A DNA stretch of 64,000 bases from Thermoproteota archaeon (GCA_030550585.1 JAUQPB010000002.1:64001-128000), one strand, 5' to 3'; shown: positions 10,403-19,538, counted from the stretch's first letter. Numbers and translations: made by a program. The notes: generated from the sequence alone by a model not told the origin.

Positions 10403-10729
10403 ATGGAGGAGGTATCCAATAACTCATCAAATATTGATGAAGTCGAGGAGATTATTAGAGACGCTACTGGAGCATTCTATAGATTTTTGGACTATATCAT
10501 GAATCCTGAAAACTATTCTATAGATAGTATAGAGTACAAGTTTAGTGATGTAATCGAAAAGGCGAGAGCCGTTGCGAGTAAGTTAAGAAGTAGAGGCAGA
10601 GATGATGAAGCTTCTCGTATATCAGCAGTAATCGAAGCACTTAAATATCTACGCAGTATGGCTCGCTCAGTAGCTAGCAAACATCAAACTACTTATTCAG
10701 ATCGAGAGAGACAGAAAGTGTCTATATAA
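10403..10729 (+). CDS. Hypothetical helical protein
   Basis: 108-aa ORF with GAGGTG SD and an upstream TATA-like TTATTAA. Confidence 0.6.
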   Translation: MEEVSNNSSNIDEVEEIIRDATGAFYRFLDYIMNPENYSIDSIEYKFSDVIEKARAVASKLRSRGRDDEASRISAVIEALKYLRSMARSVASKHQTTYSDRERQKVSI

Positions 10730-10905
10730 TTTCTATTATAAATTTTTTTCAAGATACTGTGGTCGAGAACATCTGTAGCTCTTCCTCAGTTGGTAGCACA
10801 TGTAGTGTTAGCCTTTTCCTCCCCCGGTTTTCAATATGCCTGCCCCAGTAGGGGCGTTCACGAGGAAATCTGCTTCAGCACTCTATAGATCCTGGTAAAG
10901 AGACG

Positions 10906-11064
10906 TTGCCAAAGGTTCTCGCGAGGATCATTAAAGAAAGATACGGAAAAGATATCGATGAAGAAAAACTGGTAGAGATCTTAAGAGGACTCGAGCTAGC
11001 AAAGATCATATACATTGATAGAAGATACTATAAAGCTAGACTCGATAAATCGCTGATGACATGA
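10906..11064 (+). CDS. Small winged-HTH-like ORF (52 aa) or C-terminal remnant, abutting the integrase
   Basis: TTG-PKVLARIIKERYGKDIDEEKLVEILRGLELAKIIYIDRRYYKARL. Its TGA directly precedes the integrase GTG. Too short to appear in the ORF track. Confidence 0.45.
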   Translation: MPKVLARIIKERYGKDIDEEKLVEILRGLELAKIIYIDRRYYKARLDKSLMT

Positions 11065-12333
11065 GTGTGTGGTTTGTGGTTCAAGGATCTCGATCTATCT
11101 AAGATCTCTGATGATGCTCGCTACAAGTTGTTCGAATACATTGTGAACGTTAAGAAGCTCAAATCATCTGATCTCTCTATCTCGTATTCGACGTTTAGCA
11201 GGGTTAGGAATAGAAAGATACCTGTATCAGATTCACTACTCATAAAGATACTTCAGCACATAACACCCGAAGAATTTGCAAAGCTGGTGTCGGCTGGAGA
11301 GAGGCTTAGAGCTCTAGGTATAGTTAAAGAGGATGGATCTATAGACTACTCACTAGCGCTAGAATTTGTAAAGCTCATACTAAGAGACGAGTACCTGAAA
11401 AACCTAGTGCTGAGGTTCGTTGTCCAAGAGTTTAAAGAAGATATTAGGAAAATGCTTGGAGTGAGTTTCGCAGGCATAAAGCTTGAGTGGAGTGAAGACT
11501 TCGAGAACTTTCTATCAGAGAGAAAGAAGCGTAGAAAGGTAAGAGACCCAGAGACCATAAACTACTACAGAAACCTATTCAAGAAACACCTAGAGGGGAA
11601 AGAACTATCAGAAGAACTAGTAGAATACGTAGCTAACCACAGAAACGGGTGGCTTAGGAACGTATTCAGACACTATATACAGTACCTATACCACAGGAGA
11701 AGAATTCCCCCAGAAACATTTGGCTGGATAATGGAGGTAGTCCCCTCAAGAGGGTACAAACTAGATGTAAGACCCTACCAAATCTCCATAGAAGATGTTA
11801 GAAAGACCCTAGAGTTCTTGAAGGAGAACCACAAACTGTACTACACAGTATACAGAACAATGCTAGAATCAGGAGCAAGATTCGAACACATACTGGAGAT
11901 GATAAGGACATGGAACCCTAATGAAGTAGTGGTCATAGAGTCCATAGATCTGGAGACGGAGAGGTTAGTGTGCTTCGAGGATAGGGGGTTCTGCAGATAC
12001 TACCTAGGGCTGAGAGGTCACCAGAAACCGTGTGAATGGATATACATGTCTAGAGGTACTATAGAGCTCTTGAAAACACTAGCACCCAAAGATATTGATA
12101 GGAATAGTGTTAGAAGGTATGCCAAGAGGCATAACCTAACCCTACCGAAGATGTTTAGGAAAGTCTCATGGAGGATAATGGTTCAGACCATGCCTAAGGA
12201 GGTAGCGAGGTTTATCCAGAGCAGATTCGGAGAACTAAAGACAAGCGAAGCGAGGTACGAAGACCTACTAACAGAAGCAGACAAACACTACCCCAGATAC
12301 ATCGAAAAGCTTATCAGAGAATCTTTGACATAA
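11065..12333 (+). CDS. int: Tyrosine recombinase/integrase (SSV1-like catalytic domain, N-terminal HTH)
   Basis: ESGARFEH (Arg), PKMFRK (K/HxxR), ARFIQSR and EARY (Tyr). N-terminal HTH (LSISYSTFSRVRN). Followed by a tRNA 3' half. Confidence 0.88.
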   Translation: MCGLWFKDLDLSKISDDARYKLFEYIVNVKKLKSSDLSISYSTFSRVRNRKIPVSDSLLIKILQHITPEEFAKLVSAGERLRALGIVKEDGSIDYSLALEFVKLILRDEYLKNLVLRFVVQEFKEDIRKMLGVSFAGIKLEWSEDFENFLSERKKRRKVRDPETINYYRNLFKKHLEGKELSEELVEYVANHRNGWLRNVFRHYIQYLYHRRRIPPETFGWIMEVVPSRGYKLDVRPYQISIEDVRKTLEFLKENHKLYYTVYRTMLESGARFEHILEMIRTWNPNEVVVIESIDLETERLVCFEDRGFCRYYLGLRGHQKPCEWIYMSRGTIELLKTLAPKDIDRNSVRRYAKRHNLTLPKMFRKVSWRIMVQTMPKEVARFIQSRFGELKTSEARYEDLLTEADKHYPRYIEKLIRESLT

Positions 12334-12452
12334 AACAAATACATCTGCAACTAGATATTGCATGCAACAAATATCGCTCATGCAAATCAACATATATATG
12401 AACAAGCCTTGTAAGCCGGTGGCCGCGGGTTCAAATCCCGCCGGCGGCTCCA
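12292..12452 (+). repeat. Right 161-bp inverted repeat
   Basis: Begins at integrase codon 410 and ends at tRNA CCA. Reverse complement of 9820-9980. Confidence 0.97.
12406..12452 (+). other. att-like 47-nt 3' half of tRNA-Thr(TGT)
   Basis: GCCTTGTAAGCCGGTGGCCGCGGGTTCAAATCCCGCCGGCGGCTCCA, 72 nt after the integrase stop. Confidence 0.9.
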
Positions 12453-12579
12453 AATAATTGGCTTCATCTCTATAAAGTAATTTACCATACTTATTTAATG
12501 TTGTTTACAAAATTGAGAAATTTCGGTTGAAGCTCCAGCCACAATAGACGATGGTGGTACACGAATTTGTTGAGTATGA

Positions 12580-14139
12580 TTAAGCTTTGGGTATGAGCTC
12601 TTCCATGTTTTCTTTGATTAGGCTGTTGCGTAGATCGAGCCACATTTCTACACAGCTTCTATATCTGTCTTCTTCTTTTAGTGTTAGCGCTTTTTTTATT
12701 ACCTCTGCCAGTGTCTTGGGTATATCGCTTAACCAAGGCATGTACATATTGTCTAGTGCCTCGACATCATCTGCAACAGCGTTAACAAATTCTCGATATG
12801 AGATCGCCTTACCTCTTAGTCGTAGCGCTAGGTCTAGCACTTTTTTTGCAAAGTCTTTTAGCATGGTCTCTCCATCCTCGATCTTCTCCATGGGTATTGG
12901 ATAGCCGTAGACATTCTGCAAGAGGGCTATGTTAAGAATTAGCCTGTGCTTTGGTATAGAACTTGACAACATGTATGCTAGTGTCATGGCCAGGCTGTAA
13001 GCGTCGTAGCTGAAATCTGATGTTCCTCGTACAAGGGCTAGAGGATCAGCATATGCAGGTGTTAGCCTCGCAAATTTATAGCCGTGGGCAGGATCGCCTA
13101 AGGCTCCGCTGAAATCTGTTAGCATAGGTACATAGCCGTACTTGTCGCTGGTTTGGCGTAGAAGTATGTTCTTAGGCTTTATATCCATGTGAACAATGTT
13201 TGCTAAGTGGGCTAGTGCAGTTGCACCAACAACTCTTATAAGTATGTACATAGACTCATTTAGATTTAGCGATCCCCGTTTCTTCACAAAATCTTCTAGA
13301 TCACCCATATCAGCATATTCCTCTACGATAGCAGGCGAATACAATGAATATGTGTCTTTGTCTAGCTTGTTCTTCATGATGAGGAGGGCATATATAGAAG
13401 AAATGTAGTTGCTATATATAGTCAACTCTTTCAGAATAGCATTGTCATAGCCTTTAATTGCTATAAGATCGCTAACCTCTTCCTTGTCTAGTGTGCGAAC
13501 GGTAAATCCATGTATATAACCCCTTACCAAGTCCATAAAATTTCTGTTTACAGCAATGTCCTCTTTCAGAACCTTTAAGGCATAGACATTCCCAGCCCCG
13601 TCCCTTGCCTTAAAGACGTAAGTATAGCTACCCCTATCATTTATCAGTTCTTCTATTATAAAACCATATAATCCCCTCTTCCTCCATAAGGTTATGTAGA
13701 CTCCCTCCACATTTTCAACACATGCTTTAACATAGTTCACAAGCTGGGGGTCAATATCTGTTAGAGGTATTTCTTCAACAAATACATTTACTGCTGTGTA
13801 CTTATTTGCCGCCTCTATTAAATCATGAAGGGCACCAGAACCAGACCCAATTATCTGCCCTTCCCAATTCTCTTTCAGCACCGAGACCACAACATCTTTT
13901 ACGGTAAAAACTCTGAGAACTTTATCGCCGAAAACAAACTTGAAATGAAATAAACTATCTTCTGTTGCTGTTCTAGTAGTATCGGCAATCATTTTAGTTA
14001 TTGATGTAGAACTTACAGTTGTTGTACCCAGAAACCGTCTATCCTTAGCTAACAAAATAGAAGCTAAAACCAGAGGATCTGAAGCATACTCACTAATAGC
14101 ATCTAGATTCTTACACGTGCGCAAAGCCATAAATACCAC
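12580..14139 (-). CDS. Eukaryotic-like Ser/Thr protein kinase
   Basis: YALKV (Lys), EEYADMGDL, HMDIKPKNIL, DFS (DFG variant), TPAYADP and DAYSLA. Confidence 0.9.
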   Translation of the reverse strand: MVFMALRTCKNLDAISEYASDPLVLASILLAKDRRFLGTTTVSSTSITKMIADTTRTATEDSLFHFKFVFGDKVLRVFTVKDVVVSVLKENWEGQIIGSGSGALHDLIEAANKYTAVNVFVEEIPLTDIDPQLVNYVKACVENVEGVYITLWRKRGLYGFIIEELINDRGSYTYVFKARDGAGNVYALKVLKEDIAVNRNFMDLVRGYIHGFTVRTLDKEEVSDLIAIKGYDNAILKELTIYSNYISSIYALLIMKNKLDKDTYSLYSPAIVEEYADMGDLEDFVKKRGSLNLNESMYILIRVVGATALAHLANIVHMDIKPKNILLRQTSDKYGYVPMLTDFSGALGDPAHGYKFARLTPAYADPLALVRGTSDFSYDAYSLAMTLAYMLSSSIPKHRLILNIALLQNVYGYPIPMEKIEDGETMLKDFAKKVLDLALRLRGKAISYREFVNAVADDVEALDNMYMPWLSDIPKTLAEVIKKALTLKEEDRYRSCVEMWLDLRNSLIKENMEELIPKA

Positions 14140-14327
14140 TACTGGTTGTGCCCACTATACAGACTATCTAATAAGATTAATAAAACTGTAGATGAATGTT
14201 TATCACAATCTCCGCAACGTAGCTCGGCAGCATGTTGTTGAAAATCATTTACATTGCCATGTTATAATACTACAAACACTGTATTTGTATCAATACTGCA
14301 CTTTGACTTGCATCTTTCGATGTCCGA

Positions 14328-14648
14328 CTACTCTGCTTCAAATTCTTTAACTATTATTGTTGTTAGCCCCATCACTATCTCTGTTTGGTGTTGTAATTGT
14401 GTTGGTTGTTCTATCTTTTCCCCGTTTACATATGTGCCGTTTTTGCTCCCCAAATCCTCGATATACCACTTGCCCTGGTCTTCCCTATAGAATATTCTGG
14501 CATGTTTTCTAGATACGAAGGGATCTGGCAAAACAATGTCGCATCCAGGGTCACGCCCAATGATATAGGCACCGGGCTTGAGCTTGACAATGTGCTGGAT
14601 TGGAGTTGCACTACTTTTTATGGTTAAAACAAGTGTTTTGTCACTCAC
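14328..14648 (-). CDS. FHA domain protein (ArnA-like, no Zn finger)
   Basis: IIGR, VSRKHA and DLGSKNGTYVNG FHA motifs. Confidence 0.93.
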   Translation of the reverse strand: MSDKTLVLTIKSSATPIQHIVKLKPGAYIIGRDPGCDIVLPDPFVSRKHARIFYREDQGKWYIEDLGSKNGTYVNGEKIEQPTQLQHQTEIVMGLTTIIVKEFEAE

Positions 14649-14657
14649 AGTCTCACC

Positions 14658-15890
14658 CTATTCATATCTTCCACTCAGTATCCTAGATATAAGTGCTACC
14701 ACCTTTTTAACGACATCCGGGGATAGACCCTCTTTTTCTAGTTGTGCCTTGAGGTCTATCGTTTTCGTGTACAGCTCCCTGTTTTCAACAACTATGGTTG
14801 AATTGGCAATATTCTCAAGCACATTCATGAGCTTATCTGCCGATAGTTGCCCGTAGAGGTCTTTTGTTATTATCGAGGCAACTCTGATTAGGTTGACCTC
14901 TCTGAAAACTGTATTGTCCACCTCAACAGCATCTGGTGGTGCAATGTGAACACACGGTATGGTTACATTGGTTGGTGGCAACTCTTTTTCAGCTCCGTCA
15001 GTTTGTGTGTAAATGCCAGTTACTGTTGCTAGGTATGACATGCCTCGCTTCTGCGGTGGTACTAGAAGCTCGCCTACAACGGTTATAGTCTCCCCCTCAT
15101 GTACATCCCCGACCTCAATCTCCACACCACCTCTAGTGGTGTAGGCGGGCTTGTTGTATATGTAGACGCCCACACCTGGCGCAGTCTTTATCAGAATCCT
15201 CAGATTCTTTGCACTCAGTCCTCTGTATGCCGAAGCCATTTTCTCGATGAGGCTCGGCATCTTGGCGGGGTCGTCTAGGTGCTCGAAAAAGCCGTTTGTC
15301 TTCAAGGCTATGCCCGATAAAAGCTTCTCGTTGTAGTCTTCACCAACACCAATAACAAGGGATACCGAGACATGCTTGCCGAGCTTCCCAGCCATATCCA
15401 GAATTCTGTCCCTGTCTCTGACCCCTGTAGTCGGGTTCCCATCTGTCACCATAACCATCTTCACACTTGGCACAGCATCCCTCTCTCTGCTCTTCAGCTC
15501 CTCTCTAACACGTGTAGCATCAGCATACATCTGCTCTAGAACAGAGTATATGTTCGTACCACCGCCAAGCTTTATATCAGCTACAGCCCGAACAATCTTA
15601 TCGGTGTTGCCCACCTTCTCTATATCAAGAACTTTGCTTACCTTACCATAGAAGCTGTAGACAGAAATGTAGTCATCCGGGTCTAGAAGTTTGACCATCC
15701 TGAGAACAGAGTCCTTTGCAAAAAATATCTTAGAGCCATCCATAGACCAGCTACTATCTAAAGCAACAAGATATGCAGACCTAGTCTTGAGAGCACCCAC
15801 ACCTTTGACACGAATCATAAAAGGGACAACATCATTCCTACCCTCAACAACAAACAACTTAGAAAGCCTAACATCCAGAGCCAGAGACAT
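14658..15890 (-). CDS. von Willebrand factor A domain protein (ArnB-like)
   Basis: MIDAS motif DSSWSM, GGGTN, VTDG and IGVGEDYNE. Confidence 0.9.
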   Translation of the reverse strand: MSLALDVRLSKLFVVEGRNDVVPFMIRVKGVGALKTRSAYLVALDSSWSMDGSKIFFAKDSVLRMVKLLDPDDYISVYSFYGKVSKVLDIEKVGNTDKIVRAVADIKLGGGTNIYSVLEQMYADATRVREELKSRERDAVPSVKMVMVTDGNPTTGVRDRDRILDMAGKLGKHVSVSLVIGVGEDYNEKLLSGIALKTNGFFEHLDDPAKMPSLIEKMASAYRGLSAKNLRILIKTAPGVGVYIYNKPAYTTRGGVEIEVGDVHEGETITVVGELLVPPQKRGMSYLATVTGIYTQTDGAEKELPPTNVTIPCVHIAPPDAVEVDNTVFREVNLIRVASIITKDLYGQLSADKLMNVLENIANSTIVVENRELYTKTIDLKAQLEKEGLSPDVVKKVVALISRILSGRYE

Positions 15891-16196
15891 GCTTTTTAAG
15901 CACCGTCTCTAGTCGCTATATATTATTTTACCTCAGCTGAGCTTTTAAGTTTTAGACATAAGTATTTGCAAGCATGTAAAGAGATGAAGATGAATAGGAT
16001 ATAGACAGCTAAATTTAACAGCTAGCCTAGAATTCGTTGTAGCCACAATTAACTTTACCCCATTGTTACCTCCATAAATACTTTTACGCTATTCCATTAT
16101 TATTTGTGAAATATTGTTGAAAGATTTTCTTGTTAAGTTTAACAGGGTGTTGAAGAATATGTTTAAAATAGTTGCCACCTACTCTTACTCAATTCA

Positions 16197-17762
16197 ATGG
16201 CGGTTTCTATGGACAGGTTCGAGGGTTTTAAAATTGTTCTTACTGGTGATGAATCTCTTGTGAGTACATATCACCATACATACTTAGGTTTTTCGTCAGG
16301 ATTGCCAATGGATGTTTTCCCTAGCCTTCTAGGAAACATAATTTTTCCTACTTTAAGTGGAGAACATGGCAGGATGAAGACAAGTCAATATGGTTTGTGT
16401 AAGATTGAAGCCTCTCTGATTGATAACGGTTTTTCGAGAAGTGATGTGGCTATTGTCGATCCTAGGAGGTTGGATGAGGCTATAGGGCCTGAGACAAGGG
16501 TTTTGGGCATCGGGGTTCTAGACCCTTTGGGCATAAACTATGGAACAGCTCTCTTGCGCGTTGTTCTAAGTTTGATGGGGGTTGAAACTCGTTTGCAATC
16601 CTACATGTCTTGGGCAACCATGAAGATATTTAATAATGATGCTGTGAAGAAGTATAGGAATAGAATAAAGGTTATTGTTGGAGGACAAGGTGTTTGGGAG
16701 ATAATTGATAGCGGGCTTCAGCATAGGCTTGGCATAGATTGCATTGTCGAGGGTGAGGGAGAGCTTGTCGCACCAAAAATTTTTAGAACAGCTCTAGAAG
16801 GTGGGGAAATCCCAAGCTATGTGAAAGGTCCGCCAGTACCCGTGGACAGGATACCTGTTATAAAAACTCCTTCCAGAGGTCTTGTAGAGGTTACGAGAGG
16901 GTGTGGGAGAGGGTGTCTATTCTGCAATCCCACACTATTAATGTTTAGATCAATACCAATGGATAAAATACTTAAAGAGATAGCTGTTAACATTGAAGGA
17001 GGCGAAAGAAACATAACGTTGCATTCAGAGGACTTTCTAAGGTATGGCTCAACGTCTCTACTACCAAATGAGGATAAGGTTCTAAACCTGTTAAACACTG
17101 TTACAAAGATACCGGAAATAAATAGCATTTCAATAGATTTTGTAACAGCATCAACAGCCTTGTCAAACCCTAAATTAGTGAAGACTGTTGGTGGTATGCT
17201 GGGGCTTAGTGACAGAAACCCAGCAATAATTCAGATGGGTATAGAAAGCGGTAGCCCAAGAATAATAAAAATTATTGCCCCTGGCAAGCCAAAGCCTTTC
17301 AATTATGAGGAGTGGCCGAAGATAGTGGAAGAAGCTGTTAATCTATTAAACGACTCGGGCTGGTGGATATGTGCAACAATAATAGTGAATCTTCCGCAAG
17401 AGACTGAAGAGGATATAGAAATGAATATGAGACTTGTAGAGAGGCTAGAGCATTACAACGTCTTTGTATTCCCATTGCCATTCATACCCTCTGGAAGTCT
17501 AAGAAAAGTAAAGGATATGGCAGGAACACATAAAATAGTTAGTACAAGAAATTTGGAGCTCATAGCCCTAGCAGTATATGATGCCATCAAAAAGATCAAA
17601 TCTTTATCAAAACACCTTGTAGCAAAAGCACCCTTTGGCGTAAGACAAGTGCTAGGTGCGTTACTCTATGTAGCTTCAGTCATAGGTCTTAGAAGATTAC
17701 AAAGAAACTCACTCGACGCTATAATAGATCATTTTAAAGCTCGTGAAAGAATATTGATATAG
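16197..17762 (+). CDS. Radical SAM protein (B12-binding-like N-terminus)
   Basis: EVTRGCGRGCLFC (CxxxCxxC), IVGG, VEGEGE and GIESGS. Confidence 0.9.
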   Translation: MAVSMDRFEGFKIVLTGDESLVSTYHHTYLGFSSGLPMDVFPSLLGNIIFPTLSGEHGRMKTSQYGLCKIEASLIDNGFSRSDVAIVDPRRLDEAIGPETRVLGIGVLDPLGINYGTALLRVVLSLMGVETRLQSYMSWATMKIFNNDAVKKYRNRIKVIVGGQGVWEIIDSGLQHRLGIDCIVEGEGELVAPKIFRTALEGGEIPSYVKGPPVPVDRIPVIKTPSRGLVEVTRGCGRGCLFCNPTLLMFRSIPMDKILKEIAVNIEGGERNITLHSEDFLRYGSTSLLPNEDKVLNLLNTVTKIPEINSISIDFVTASTALSNPKLVKTVGGMLGLSDRNPAIIQMGIESGSPRIIKIIAPGKPKPFNYEEWPKIVEEAVNLLNDSGWWICATIIVNLPQETEEDIEMNMRLVERLEHYNVFVFPLPFIPSGSLRKVKDMAGTHKIVSTRNLELIALAVYDAIKKIKSLSKHLVAKAPFGVRQVLGALLYVASVIGLRRLQRNSLDAIIDHFKARERILI

Positions 17763-17788
17763 GATAAGCATTTAAATCAAGGTTGTTG

Positions 17789-17835
17789 TGGCGGGCCCGC
17801 GGGGATTCGAACCCCGGATATCCGGCTCCAAAGGC
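17789..17835 (-). other. Degenerate 47-nt tRNA-Arg 3' half (attR-like direct repeat of tRNA at 19340)
   Basis: 42/47 identical to 19340-19386 in the same orientation. No D arm or 5' half. Confidence 0.8.
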
Positions 17836-17977
17836 TGAAATTGAAATGAGGCATGAAATTAAATATGGATTGTAACGATTTAGAAGAGATAGTAGGAAGC
17901 TTTGCAACAGATAGTTTGTTCTTACTACAACACTCTTTAATCTCTTAAAGCCGTATATAATAGATGGGTGAAACTAA

Positions 17978-18178
17978 GTGGCTAAGGTAATAAGAGTGAA
18001 GTATGAGAATGGGGTGCTCAAACCCCTGGAGAAGCTGGATGTCTCTGAGGGTGAGGTTTTGCTTGTTAAGGTTCTTCGAACGGAGTTGGCTGAGAAGGTG
18101 TTTGGCTCTGTAAATGTTGATGAGAAAACATTGGAGAGGGTTCTAAAGGAGGCTGAGGATGAGCTCGGTATTTATTGA
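17978..18178 (+). CDS. Antitoxin, AF2212/DUF104-like
   Basis: VIRVKYENGVLKPLEKLDVSEGE signature; overlaps the PIN gene. Confidence 0.88.
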   Translation: MAKVIRVKYENGVLKPLEKLDVSEGEVLLVKVLRTELAEKVFGSVNVDEKTLERVLKEAEDELGIY

Positions 18179-18593
18179 CAGTAATGTGATAATCAAGTAC
18201 TTTGCAGGTGATTCATTAGCTAAGAAGCTGCTGGAACCCATTATCTACGGAGATGCTATAGGCTACGTTAATACCATTGTTATTTCCGAGGTTATATTTA
18301 TCTTGATTAAGCTACTCACCGGTAAGAAGGCTTATGAGCTTAAGAGTAGCCCAGAAACCGTAAAGGATGCGCTTAAATCGTTGAATATCCAGATACAATT
18401 CTTGAGAGAATACTTCTCAGAGCTTGAAATAAATGAGAGGGTGAAACAGATGGCCATAGAGGTAATGGAGGAATACGGGCTACTGCCCAACGATGCGCTA
18501 ATAGCATCGACTTGTAGATACTATGGTATAGACACGATACTCACATTCGATGAAGACTTCAAAAGAGTGCCATGGCTCAAAGTTGTGTGCTAG
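18159..18593 (+). CDS. vapC: VapC/PIN-domain toxin
   Basis: FIDSNVI, VISE, LLPNDALI and TFDEDF. Confidence 0.92.
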   Translation: MSSVFIDSNVIIKYFAGDSLAKKLLEPIIYGDAIGYVNTIVISEVIFILIKLLTGKKAYELKSSPETVKDALKSLNIQIQFLREYFSELEINERVKQMAIEVMEEYGLLPNDALIASTCRYYGIDTILTFDEDFKRVPWLKVVC

Positions 18594-18615
18594 TATATAC
18601 GTTTGATGGAGCCCT

Positions 18616-19290
18616 TTGATAGCTGTTGATTTCCATATACACATAACAATGAGGTTGATTGAAGAGCGTATTCATACTAGAGAAGCTAGTTTCGTTTATG
18701 GATAAGCGGGTATTAAAGTAACTGTTCTACCCCCAGTAGCTCCCTGGGTTACTAACGATTATTTGTACAAAATGTTGTCTTATAACCCTAAAAGGTTGAT
18801 AGGATTTACCTCGGTAGTTCCGGACCCTGCAGATATAGCAATTAAAGAACTTCGTAGAGTAGTTCAAGATCTGGGGCTTAGAGATCTGGAGCTTCATCCG
18901 CCAATGCAAGGATTCCGCGTTTGATATAATCACATCAAAGGTTCTAAGGGTTGTCGAAGATCTTGTGATTCTTGTGATGATGCATGATATGTTAAGTGAC
19001 CTATTGGCACTATACTTTAAACCTCCGCTAGGAGGCATGACTTACCCTACTCTGATAGGGTAGGGAACTATGACTTCATCCCCCTTGCTGCTACTAAACA
19101 CAGTTATAGTCTACGCACATATGGGCAGTTTCTTTAGTTTTAGGATGTTTATTAGTTTCGCGACCTCACATCTAAATATCTACCTTGATACATCATATAA
19201 TATCCTAACCATAGCTTAGAGAATGGTCCTCAGACGTTAGCTAAGTAGATTAGAAGTCTAGGGGCAGACAGATTCATTTTTAGTAGAGTT
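18616..19290 (+). pseudogene. Amidohydrolase_2-family pseudogene
   Basis: Fragments across frames and stops: AVDFHIH, PKRLIGF, ELRRVVQDLGLRDLELHP, YAHMG, NIYLDTS and LGADRFIF. Confidence 0.8.
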
Positions 19291-19339
19291 GAAGTTTACC
19301 GCTAAATACGGAACTTAGCAGAACTACTTTAACTGTTCA

Positions 19340-19417
19340 TGGCGGGCCCGCGGGGATTTGAACCCCGGTTCTCCGGCTCCGCAGGCCGGCGCTTTGTCCA
19401 AGCTAAGCTACGGGCCC
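19340..19417 (-). tRNA. tRNA-Arg(GCG)
   Basis: Full cloverleaf GGGCCCG...CCGGC-CTGCGGA-GCCGG...GGTTCAAATCC...CGGGCCCGCCA. Confidence 0.96.
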
Positions 19418-19538
19418 CTCTATCAACTTATTTTATTGTAGTTTTTAGATCTTGTTGCTTTATATCTATCTCTATTCATTAATCGGATCCACGGCTTTTA
19501 AGCTTAGACCATCTAAAGATTTTGGTGGGTATTATGAG

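Larger units (their letters stand above)
9820..12452. mobile_element. Integrase cassette bounded by inverted tRNA-derived att repeats
   Basis: Inverted 161-bp ends enclosing a tyrosine integrase, a TnpB fragment and small ORFs. Confidence 0.75.
17789..19417. mobile_element. Decayed island integrated at tRNA-Arg
   Basis: Bounded by the intact tRNA-Arg and its 3' direct repeat. Carries a TA pair and a pseudogene; no integrase. Confidence 0.65.

Noticed and set aside
10772-10860. GTAGCTC...CTCAGTTGGTAG resembling a tRNA 5' half, plus a GCCCC-AGTA-GGGGC hairpin
   Set aside because: There is no GCCGCC acceptor strand to pair with the Thr halves and the D arm is interrupted. The hairpin is too short to call an IS end.
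17789-17835. Functional tRNA with a TTG (Gln) anticodon
   Set aside because: It has no D arm or 5' strand, and its acceptor stem is Arg-type. The real tRNA-Gln(TTG) is at 25910-25985.
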